Shown here in pieces: positions 8,381 through 18,000 of a stretch of 64,000 nt of DNA. The first letter of the stretch is position 1, and every line of letters begins with the position of its first letter. The notes beneath the pieces were generated by a model. That model saw only the letters and a program-made list of their open reading frames with translations. It was not told the origin of the DNA and did not search any database. This DNA is from Planctomycetota bacterium (GTDB lineage: Bacteria > Planctomycetota > GCA-002687715 > CAIWVZ01), in assembly GCA_044222185.1 (NCBI GenBank), contig JBGANV010000009.1, positions 162,550 through 226,549 of the forward strand, in the 5' to 3' direction. A program made the translations under genes and the position numbers.

Positions 8381-11300
8381 ATGCAGCACCGTCACTCGTT
8401 CGCCGCGGCCTGGGTTGCCGCATCGGTCGTGGCCATCAGCGCGCTGGTTCCGGCGCAGGCGGCCCTCACGGATAGCTGGACCGGGCTCGTCAGCGCCGAG
8501 TGGACGAACGGCGGGAACTGGAGCCTCGGATCACCGCCTTCCGTGGCGGACCAGGCCGTCATTCCGACACCGCAGCCGGGGCGCTTCGATCCTCAGGTCG
8601 GCCTCGTCGACGTCACGTGCGGCGCGCTCACCGTCAATTCGGGCGCGACGCTGACGCTCATCGGACATCGATTGACGGCCTTCGGCTCGTTGACGAATGC
8701 CGGGCAGATCACGAAGACGGCGGCCCCGGGTGCCCTTCTCGTCCTTGCTGGCGGCGGCACGGTGTCGAGCTTCGGAGCCTGCACCGTCGACGTCTCGGTG
8801 ACGAGCGCGGTCGGTGCGGCCAACGCCAACCTCTTCCTCGGAACCAACCTCTTCGTGACCGGGAGCTTCCAGGTGGGGAACTTCGGCAGCCTCACCGTCG
8901 CCGGGAACCTGACGGTCAACAACGGGAACCTGATCGTTCCCAACTCGCTCACCGTCGTGACCGTCGGCGGCAACGTCAGCCTGTCGAACATGCCGCAGAC
9001 GACCTTCGCCACGTTCCAGGTGAGCGGGAACTGGTTCTCCGACGCGAGCTACTCGACGAACTCGGGCGTCGTGACGTTCACGGGCACTTCGCCCCAGACC
9101 ATCACCGGCGCGGGACTGTTTCCGAGCATCACCGTCGCGCCCGGAGCCGTCGTCGTCACGGCGGGCGCACTCACGATCGCGGGCGACCTCTTCGTCGGTG
9201 GCGTGTTGCAGAACGGCGGGGCGGTCACGGCGGGCAGCCTGGCGTTCGGCGTCACGGTGATCACGGGTTCGGTGCTCGGGCCGGGACCTGTCGTCCTGAG
9301 TGGAACCGGCGCCATCACGATCGGTCCGAATGCCACGATCGCCGCGCTCGAGATCGCCATCCTTCCGCAGGCGACGTTCGCGCTCGCGGCGGACACGCAC
9401 TTCACCGGAAACTTCACTCTCACCAGCGGCATCCTGAACGTGAACGGGCGCAAGCTCACCGTCGATGGAACGGCGACGTTCCACGGCGGCATCCTCACGA
9501 GTGGGGGCAACGCCGCGAGCGAGCTGGACCTGAACGGCCCCGTCGTCTTCTCCGGCACGACCACACCTGCGGGCGCGACGCCTCCCACGATCCGGGCGTC
9601 GTCCTCGTGGTCCGCCGATGGGACCTTCAACCCGACGAATGGCACCGTGACGTTCGATGGCGTCACGCAGACTCTCGCCGGCCCGGCGCCCCGGTTCTTC
9701 GGCCTCACGATCGCCGCGGGGTCGGCCACCAATCTCGTGGCGACGCCGCTCGTGAGCGGCACGCTCACGGTCGCCGGCACTCTGGCACTCGCGGCAAACC
9801 TCGATCTCGCCGGCGGGCTCGCCGTCACGGGAACCGTTGCGGGCCCCGCGCGGCTCCGGCTCGTGGGGAGCGCGTTCACCGGGCTCGCGTTCTCGGGCTC
9901 CGTCGCCAACCTCGAAGTCGCGAAAGACACCAACGCGGTCACCGTCGCGGCGCAGGGACCGCTCACGCTGAACAACTTCCGGCTGTCCGCGGGACGGTTC
10001 GCGACGAACGGGTCCACCGTGACCGTCAACGGAGCCGGCGAGTTCGTCGGAGGAATCCTCAGCCACGGCGGGTTCGGCGGGACGCTCGACCTGAACGGGT
10101 CGACGTCGTTCTCCGGAACGGCGGCGGAGAATCCGACCCTGCCGTTCATCCGCTGCTCGGGCAGTTGGAACGCCGACGCCACGTTCGCGCCGACCGCCGG
10201 GACGATCGAGTTCGACGGCACGTCGCCACAGACGATCAGTGGCGGCGGTCCGCGGTTCTTCGATCTCACGCTCGATCCCGGATCCGCGGTCACGCTGGGC
10301 TCGGCGATCGCCGTGCTCGGCGCGCTCCAGGTCAACGGTGGCCTCGGTCTCCCGTGGCCAGCCACCGTGTCCGGGTCCGTCGGTGTCGCCGCCACGGGGT
10401 CGATCACGGGCAGCGCGCGGTTGCGCATGGTCGGCTCGTCCGCCTCTCTCAGCGGCATCGTGCCACGGCTCGAATGTGCGAAGTCCGCAGGCCAGGCCGT
10501 GATGCTTTCCGGCACCACGACGACGCAGGACCTCCTCGCCACGTCAGGCACGATCAACACGAACGGATCGACCTTCACGGTCGATGGGCCGGCGGTCCTG
10601 AACGACAGCCGACTTTCCCACGGTGGATTCGGGGGCGCCTTCGACTTCAACGGCAACGTGACCTTGGCGAACACCGTCGCCGAACCCGGACTGGTTCCCT
10701 TGATCCGCGCCGCGGGTCACTGGACCGCCGACGGAGCCTTCGCGCCCAACAACTCCCCCGTCATCTTCGACGGCACGGCGCCGCAGACCATCACCGGGTC
10801 ATCGCTCGGCTTCTTCGACCTGACGATCCAGTCGGGAGCGAACGTGACGACGCAGGCTCCGCTCGGCGTGCTCGGTCGGCTGAGCGTCGCGGGCACGCTC
10901 ACGTCGAACGTGACCCTCACCGTGACCGGCCAGGTCGACGTGGCGACGGCGGGTCAGCTCCTCGGGACCGGCTTGCTGCGCGTCGTCGGTCCGTCGTCGA
11001 CGATCGCTGGCGTGATCCCGCACCTCGAGTGCGCGAGGCCGGCGACCGAGACCACGGCGCTCCTGGGCACCACGACCGTTTCGGACTTCGTCCTCACGTC
11101 GGGTCGCTTCGCCATCAACGGTTCGACGTTCACCGTCAACGGCCCGGCGACGTTCGTCGGAGGGAAGCTCAGTCACGGCGGCTTCGGAGGCCTCGTCGAC
11201 CTCAACGGCAACGCCACGTTCGTCGGGACGACTCCTGACGGGACGGCCGTGCCGCAGATCCGCATCTCCGGCAACTGGACGTCCGGTGCGTCCTTCGCAC

Positions 11301-14300
11301 CTGCGGCCGGTCTCGTCACGTTCGACGGCACGACCCCGCAGACGATCGGCGGAACGTCCGTCGCCTTCTTCGACCTGACGATTCAGGCTGGCGCGAACGT
11401 GACGGCGCTCGCACCGATCGCCGTCCTCGGGCGCCTGAACGTGTCGGGCACGCTCACGTCGAACTTCACCGTCACGGCGACGGGGCAGGTGGACGTGTTC
11501 GCGAGCGGGCAGGTTCTCGGCTCGGGCATCCTCCGCATCGTCGGAAACTCATCCGCCCTTCAGGGGTCGATCCCGCACCTCGAGATCGCGCGCCCCACGG
11601 GGCAGACGACGTCTCTCAGCGGGAGCCTCACCGTCGCAGATTTCGTCCTCACCTCCGGCACGTTCTCGACCAACGGGTCGACCTTGACCGTGAACGGACC
11701 CGCCACGTTCAACGGCGGCACTCTGAGTCACGGCGGGTTCGGCGGCCTGATCGACATCAACGGCAGCGCCGTGTTCACGTCGACGATCCCGGACGGGCAG
11801 CTCGTTCCGCTCATCCGGATCTCGGGCAACTGGACGTCGGACGCGGCGTTCGCGCCGACCAACGGAACGGTCATCTTCGACGGCACGTCGTCGCAGACGA
11901 TCGGCGGGTCCAGCGTGAACTTCATGCACCTCACGATCCAATCCGGCGCCAACGTGCTCGCGTCCACACCCGTGCTCGTCGCCGGCAATCTGCAGGTCGA
12001 CGGCGCGATCGCCCTCTCGGGCACGATGTCGGTCGCGGGGAACGTCGGCGTGAGTGGCGCGGGCGCCGTCACGGGCCTTGGGCTCCTGCGGATGATCGGC
12101 GGAAACGCGAGCGTGTTCGGTGCGATCCCGCACCTGGAGATCGCCAAGGCGAGCGGCGCCGTGGTGGTTCTCGCCGGGACGCTCACCGATCAAGACTTCC
12201 GCCTCACGTCCGGGATCTTCGCGACCAATGGCGCCACGGCGATCGTGAACGGCCCGGCCGTGTTCGCTGGCGGGCAGATCTCGCACGCAGGTTTCGGCGG
12301 TCTCTTCGACCTGAACGGCGCCGCGAGCTTCACGAACACGACGGTGCAAGCGGGCCTCGCGCCGCTGATTCGCGCCTCCGGTAGCTGGAGTGCCGACGCG
12401 GCGTTCGCGCCGACGAACGGCATGGTCATCTTCGACGGGACGACGCCGCAGTCGATCGGCGGGACCACGGTGAAGTTCTCCGATCTCACGATCCAGGCCG
12501 GTGCCGTCGTGACGGCCTCGGTGCCGCTCTCCGTCACCGGCAACTTCCAGGTCGAGGGAACGCTCACGCCGCAGGCCGACGTCGCCGTGGCGCAGGGTGT
12601 CGTCGTCGGGGCTGTGGGAATCCTCGGCGGACCCGGGACGTTGCGGCTCGTCGGGCAGAATTCCGCCCTATCGGGCGCCGTGTCGCGGGTCGAGATCGCC
12701 AAGGCTTCGGGACAGGCCGTCGTGCTCTCCGGCGCCAGTTCGGCGACGGAGTTGCTCCAGACGTCGGGTGGGTTGACGACGAACGGCGCGACGCTGACGG
12801 TGAATGGCCCGGCGACGTTCAGCGGCGGCACGCTCTCGCACGGCGGATTCGGCGGCGTGCTCGACCTGAACGGCAGCGCCACGTTCTTCAACACCACGTT
12901 CGTCGGCTCACTCGTGCCGACGATCCGCGTGGCGGGGAATTTCCTCGCCGACGCTGCCTTCGCGCCGTCGACGGGGACCCTCGAGCTGGATGGCACGAAT
13001 CCGTCGACCATCGCGTCGAGCGTTCCGAGCGGGGTGCTCACCTTCGCGCAGCTCACGATCCGTAACGGCATACGCCGTGCGGCTGGCGCGCAGACGTGGC
13101 GCGCTCAGAACGTCACCATCGAGTCGAGCGGGACGTTCTCGACGCAGACGTCCCGCGTCGGCGTGCATCTGCCGACGGGATCGACGGCGATCACGGCCAA
13201 CGGCGTGCTCGACGTTCCCGCGGGCGGCGAACTCGCGTTGGGTCCGGCGACGACTCTCACGGTCGGGTCGTCGGGGCGTTTGAACCTCCTTGGCGCACCC
13301 GGGAACCCTGCGCGGCTCCGCGGTGAAGCGGGCGGCGGCTACGCCGTCACCGTCGGCGGCATGCTTGCCGCTCGCGACTTCGTCGTCGAGCAACCGGGAA
13401 GCGGCGGGTTCACGATCCTTCAGGCGGCGACGTTGGCCGCCGCTCCGGACGATTTCCGCCGCGGGGTCTTCGATCGCCCGGCGAACGTGGCGGGCGCCGT
13501 GCTGCTCGACGTCCGTCGCCCCGTCGCCGCGGCGTTCAACGACATCGGGTTCCAGAACTCGCTCGGCGTCGCCGCGGCGTTCAACGTGCGTGTGACGGGC
13601 GGCGCGCCGGTCGGATTCACGAACTGGTCGGGCACGTTCGGCGGTCCCACCTTCGAGGCTGACCCGCTCGGGCTCGTGACGTGGGGCAGTGCGGCCACGG
13701 CCACGGTGAACGGGTTCACCGCGTCCGCCGCGACGTATTCCGCGCTCCTGACGTGGACGTCGACCGCCGAGTCGGGCATCGCCGCCTACGTTGTCGAGAG
13801 GGCCATCGGCCCGGGCGCATTCGTGACCGTGGGCGTCGCCCCGGCGACGGGCCCCGGTGCCTATCAGACGCTCGACGGGGACGTCCTCGCGGGCGTGACG
13901 TACGCGTGGCGGCTCTCGTCCGTTGCCGCATCGGGAGTGGTGACCGTGCTTGCCAACACGTCGGCGACGACGGGCGCGCCGGCGCCGGCATCGGCGAACA
14001 TCCTCACGGTGGGCCCGGGCGGATTCCCCTCGATCCAGGCAGCGATCGTTGCGGCCACGGTGCCGTCGTCGCTCATCCGGGTGCGGCCGGGGACCTACCC
14101 CGCGTTCACCGTCGCGAGCGTGCCGGTCGGAGGACTGCGCATCAGCGGCGATGGAACCGGACCTGTCGTCGTCGACACCGCCTCGGCGCCCGTTCGCATC
14201 CAGAACACGCCGGCGGGGCGGTCGGTCGAACTCGCCGACCTGACGATCGGCAGCGCGGGGTCGCCGAACGGAGGCCTGGAGATCACCGGCTGCGCCGGTC

Positions 14301-14917
14301 CCGTGATCGTGGATCGCGTCCTCGTGAACGGCGGGTCGGGGCCGGCGCCCTTCGGCGTGCGCGTGTCGGCGAGCTCGCAGGTCGCCGTGCAGCGCTCGCA
14401 GCTCCTCGGGGCACCGGCACTCGGCGTGCTCGCCGGGTCCACGGCGTTCGCCAGCGACGGTACGGCCAGCTCCGTGACCGTGGCCGGCGCGTCGCGCCTG
14501 ACGACGGCCGAGCTGACGAGCCCCGCGCCCACGGTCGACGCGACGTCGACACTCGGCGCCCTCGGCGGACTGATGCCGGCGCTCGACGGCCCCCGGTTCC
14601 CGCGCATCAACGAGGCGTTCGCCCTGGGGTTCGACGCGGCCCCGACGACGCCGTGGCTCCTTCTGATCTCCGGGGGCGCGGCCTTCGTCGACACGCTGGC
14701 GCCGGCGGTCGAGATGGTCGTGCTGCTCGATCCGGCGACGGCGACCCTGCTGGATTCTCGGGCGACGGATGCGATCGGCCACGACGCTTTCCCCGTGCGG
14801 GTGCCCGCTCAGCCGGCGATCGTCGGATTCTCCGTCGAGCTCCAGGCCTTCGCCGTGGATCCGGCGACGCTGACGGTCAGGGCGTCGAACGTGCTGGGGC
14901 TGACGATCACCCCCTGA
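8381..14917 (+). CDS. Giant secreted repeat protein (2178 aa; probable beta-solenoid adhesin, Fn3-like domain, beta-helix, shared C-terminal domain)
   Basis: Signal peptide (PAQA-A); G/T/V/A-rich; 185-aa repeats; TVGPGGFPSIQAAI...VRPGTY beta-helix cap; ends VELQAFAVDP...ASNVLGLTITP. Confidence 0.88.
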   Translation: MQHRHSFAAAWVAASVVAISALVPAQAALTDSWTGLVSAEWTNGGNWSLGSPPSVADQAVIPTPQPGRFDPQVGLVDVTCGALTVNSGATLTLIGHRLTAFGSLTNAGQITKTAAPGALLVLAGGGTVSSFGACTVDVSVTSAVGAANANLFLGTNLFVTGSFQVGNFGSLTVAGNLTVNNGNLIVPNSLTVVTVGGNVSLSNMPQTTFATFQVSGNWFSDASYSTNSGVVTFTGTSPQTITGAGLFPSITVAPGAVVVTAGALTIAGDLFVGGVLQNGGAVTAGSLAFGVTVITGSVLGPGPVVLSGTGAITIGPNATIAALEIAILPQATFALAADTHFTGNFTLTSGILNVNGRKLTVDGTATFHGGILTSGGNAASELDLNGPVVFSGTTTPAGATPPTIRASSSWSADGTFNPTNGTVTFDGVTQTLAGPAPRFFGLTIAAGSATNLVATPLVSGTLTVAGTLALAANLDLAGGLAVTGTVAGPARLRLVGSAFTGLAFSGSVANLEVAKDTNAVTVAAQGPLTLNNFRLSAGRFATNGSTVTVNGAGEFVGGILSHGGFGGTLDLNGSTSFSGTAAENPTLPFIRCSGSWNADATFAPTAGTIEFDGTSPQTISGGGPRFFDLTLDPGSAVTLGSAIAVLGALQVNGGLGLPWPATVSGSVGVAATGSITGSARLRMVGSSASLSGIVPRLECAKSAGQAVMLSGTTTTQDLLATSGTINTNGSTFTVDGPAVLNDSRLSHGGFGGAFDFNGNVTLANTVAEPGLVPLIRAAGHWTADGAFAPNNSPVIFDGTAPQTITGSSLGFFDLTIQSGANVTTQAPLGVLGRLSVAGTLTSNVTLTVTGQVDVATAGQLLGTGLLRVVGPSSTIAGVIPHLECARPATETTALLGTTTVSDFVLTSGRFAINGSTFTVNGPATFVGGKLSHGGFGGLVDLNGNATFVGTTPDGTAVPQIRISGNWTSGASFAPAAGLVTFDGTTPQTIGGTSVAFFDLTIQAGANVTALAPIAVLGRLNVSGTLTSNFTVTATGQVDVFASGQVLGSGILRIVGNSSALQGSIPHLEIARPTGQTTSLSGSLTVADFVLTSGTFSTNGSTLTVNGPATFNGGTLSHGGFGGLIDINGSAVFTSTIPDGQLVPLIRISGNWTSDAAFAPTNGTVIFDGTSSQTIGGSSVNFMHLTIQSGANVLASTPVLVAGNLQVDGAIALSGTMSVAGNVGVSGAGAVTGLGLLRMIGGNASVFGAIPHLEIAKASGAVVVLAGTLTDQDFRLTSGIFATNGATAIVNGPAVFAGGQISHAGFGGLFDLNGAASFTNTTVQAGLAPLIRASGSWSADAAFAPTNGMVIFDGTTPQSIGGTTVKFSDLTIQAGAVVTASVPLSVTGNFQVEGTLTPQADVAVAQGVVVGAVGILGGPGTLRLVGQNSALSGAVSRVEIAKASGQAVVLSGASSATELLQTSGGLTTNGATLTVNGPATFSGGTLSHGGFGGVLDLNGSATFFNTTFVGSLVPTIRVAGNFLADAAFAPSTGTLELDGTNPSTIASSVPSGVLTFAQLTIRNGIRRAAGAQTWRAQNVTIESSGTFSTQTSRVGVHLPTGSTAITANGVLDVPAGGELALGPATTLTVGSSGRLNLLGAPGNPARLRGEAGGGYAVTVGGMLAARDFVVEQPGSGGFTILQAATLAAAPDDFRRGVFDRPANVAGAVLLDVRRPVAAAFNDIGFQNSLGVAAAFNVRVTGGAPVGFTNWSGTFGGPTFEADPLGLVTWGSAATATVNGFTASAATYSALLTWTSTAESGIAAYVVERAIGPGAFVTVGVAPATGPGAYQTLDGDVLAGVTYAWRLSSVAASGVVTVLANTSATTGAPAPASANILTVGPGGFPSIQAAIVAATVPSSLIRVRPGTYPAFTVASVPVGGLRISGDGTGPVVVDTASAPVRIQNTPAGRSVELADLTIGSAGSPNGGLEITGCAGPVIVDRVLVNGGSGPAPFGVRVSASSQVAVQRSQLLGAPALGVLAGSTAFASDGTASSVTVAGASRLTTAELTSPAPTVDATSTLGALGGLMPALDGPRFPRINEAFALGFDAAPTTPWLLLISGGAAFVDTLAPAVEMVVLLDPATATLLDSRATDAIGHDAFPVRVPAQPAIVGFSVELQAFAVDPATLTVRASNVLGLTITP
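9497..13060 (+). repeat. Intragenic 555-nt (185-aa) tandem repeat: six regular units plus degenerate upstream unit(s); boundaries approximate
   Basis: SH(G/A)GFGG motif starts at 10061, 10616, 11171, 11726, 12281 and 12836; variant TSGG at 9497. Confidence 0.9.
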
Positions 14918-15028
14918 TGGCGGCCCCGGCCGCGAATCTCGCGGAGGGGCGCGAATCGTTGTCCAACTTCGGCGGCTCGTGCGACTGAGGGGCAGCAGGG
15001 ACCACCTGGACGGTCCTGGAGCACCTCT

Positions 15029-18000
15029 ATGATCAGTCGTTTCGCATGTGTCGTCTTCGCGTTGCAACTCGCCGTGGGTGCGGCGTCGGGCCTGGCCCAG
15101 AACTCACTCATGGATCAGGACTACCGTTCGCCGGGCTTCTTTCACCGCATCCGCGTGAGCCCCGGTGACCGGGTCGACCAGCGGCTCCGGGGGTCCGGAG
15201 CCATCACGCGCCGGGAGGACTACGGTCCGTTCTCCCTCCTCGTCGTGGACGAGCGGTCGCTCGGCGGGCGTGACGCGCTGGTGGCGCTCGACGCCGAGAT
15301 CCGCGACTTCGAAGCGGTCGTCACGTTCATCGGCGCACCCATCGACACGGCCCTGTCGAATGCGACGGAGAACGCCCGGTCCGCGATCCCTGCCGAGTTC
15401 CGTGCGGGTGCCATCGCGACGGCATCGCAGACCGTCGTCGTGCAGTTCGCCGGGCCGATCCGTGACGAGTGGCTTGCCGCCCTCGGGGCGACGGGCGCGA
15501 AGCTCGTCGAGTACGTGCCCTACAACGCGTGCATCGTCGAGGTCGATCCGACGTCGGCGGGCCGCTTTGCGGCATTCCGCAGCGATCCTGCCGTGCAGTG
15601 GTCGGCCCCCCTCGATCCATGGTTCAAGCTCGACATATACCTGCGTTCCATGGAGATGCGTGCACGGCCGGAGGTCGACGTCTGGGTGCAGGTCCAGGAC
15701 GGGCTCGACGGCGACGTCATCGCGGACTACCTGGCGGCGATGGGCGCCACGGTGCTTGGTGAAGACATGTTCGTCCTCGCGTTCCGCGACATGCACGTGC
15801 GGATTCCCACGGCGATCCTTCCCGTCCTGGCGGCAGCTCCCGCGGTCACGGCCGTGACGGCGGCGCCGGTCGGACGGCTTCTGGACGAGGGACAGGGCCT
15901 GATCATGGCCACCCAGCCCCTCACGCTCGCCAACAGCTACATGAACTGGCTCGTGAACGGCGCGGGGCTCTCCGCTCCGGCGACGAACGGGTTCATCATC
16001 GACGTGTCGGACGACGGCATCGACCAGGGCAGCCTCACGACCGTCAACCCCGAGTTCCGCGTGGGCGGCGTCCCCGGCGGCGCGAATCGCGTCCTGTACT
16101 ACAACCAGTGGAGCTCGAGTCCGACGACGGCGTCGATCGCCGGCCACGGCAACATCAACGCGTCGATCCTCGGCGGTTATCAGGCCACGGCAGGCGTGCC
16201 GCCGATCGCGGGAGACTCGAACTTCTACCGGCGCGGGCTCGGGATCATGCCGTGGGCCAGCCTCGGCGCGTCCAAGATCTTCAGCGACACCGGCGGATTG
16301 ACGGCGACCTCGAAGGTCACGATCGCGGCGAGTGCCTACGCGTCGGGGGCGCGCATCACGAGCCATTCGTGGGGCGAGATGATCAGCGGGACGTCGACAC
16401 CGTACACGACCTACGGCACGTCTGCGCAGGCCTACGACACCGTCGTTCGCGACGGGAACACGTCAGGGGCATTCCCGGGGAACAACGAGTTCGTCGTCGT
16501 GTTCGCCGCGGGCAACTCGGGACCTGGTACGACGACCGTGTCATCTCCGGGCTGCGCGAAGAACGTTCTGACGGTTGGCGCCTCGGAAGTGCAGCGCCAG
16601 AACGGCACCGACGGCTGCGGCATCACGAACTCCTCGGCGGATAGCGCGAACGACCTGGCGTCATTCTCGTCACGAGGCCCCACGGCGGATGGACGGATCA
16701 AGCCGGACGTCGTCGCTCCGGGCTCGCACATCACCGGCGCGGCGAGCCAGGCACCGGGCTACACCGGCGTCGGCGTCTGCGATCAGTACCTGCCGGCAGG
16801 GCAGACGCTGTACGCGCAGTCGTCCGGGACGAGTCACTCGACGCCCGCGGTCGCCGGCACCGCCGGCCTCCTCCGGCAATGGATGACGGAACGGCACCTG
16901 CCCCCGCCGTCGCCCGCCATGACGCGGGCGGCCATCATGGCGACGGCGCGGTACCTGAGCGGGTCCGGCGGTGGGGACACGCTTCCATCGAACGGCCAGG
17001 GCATGGGCTGCGTGGGGATGGGCCGGCTCTTCTCCGGCATCGGCAAGGCCTTCTACGACCAGCTCACCGTGCTCGGCTCGACCGGCGCGACGTGGTCGAC
17101 CACACACACGATCGCGAACCCCGCGTCGCAGACCCGCGTGGGCCTCACGTGGACTGACGCTCCGGGCAGCCTCGTCGGCGGCGCCTGGAAGAACGACCTG
17201 GATCTCACGGTCACGGTCGGGGGCAGCATCGTCTACCGCGGCAACCGATTCGTGAACGACCTTTCCACCACCGGAGGCGTGAGCGACACGAAGAACAACG
17301 GCGAGTTCATCACGTTGCCCGCAGGCCTCGGAGGATCGATCACCATCACCGTCACGGCGGCGAACATCGTCGCGGATGGTGTCCCGGGTAACGGAGACAC
17401 CACGGATCAGGACTTCGCCCTCTTCGTGGACAACGTGAACGGATGCTGCCAGCCGCAGATCACGGCGCAGTCGCCGAACGTCCAGTCGTGCGCGGCCAAT
17501 TCCGCCACGCTGTTCGTGACCGCGACCGCGAGCTGTGGCGTGCCGCTCTACTATCAGTGGTACTTCGGCTCGAACGCGATCCCGGGCGCCAATGCGTCGA
17601 CCTACTTCATCCCCAGCGTGAACGCGGCCGCGCAGGGCACGTATCACTGCACCGTTTCCACGCCGTGTCTTTCGATCGACGGATCGTCGGGCATCAACGT
17701 CGGCCCCGCGTCGCTGAACGTCGCGACTCAGCCGATCAGTGCCACCACGGTGTGCCCTTCCGCGTCGACGATCTCCGCGTCGTTCGTGTGCAACGGGACG
17801 GCACCGATCACCTACCAGTGGAGGAAGGCCGGTGTCGCCATCGCGGGTGCGACGGCGAGTACGCTCACGCTGAATCGTGTCGAGGCGTCGCAAGGCGTCT
17901 ACGACTGCGTCGCCACGGGGCCGTGTCAGTCTTTGACCTCGCAGCCGTGGACCGTCACGATCCTCGACCCGGTCTCCGTGGCGTCGATCACGGGCCCGAG

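Noticed and set aside
8381-14917. Classical autotransporter or RTX toxin call
   Set aside because: No ~300-aa C-terminal beta-barrel with a terminal aromatic residue, and no GGxGxDxL nonapeptides.
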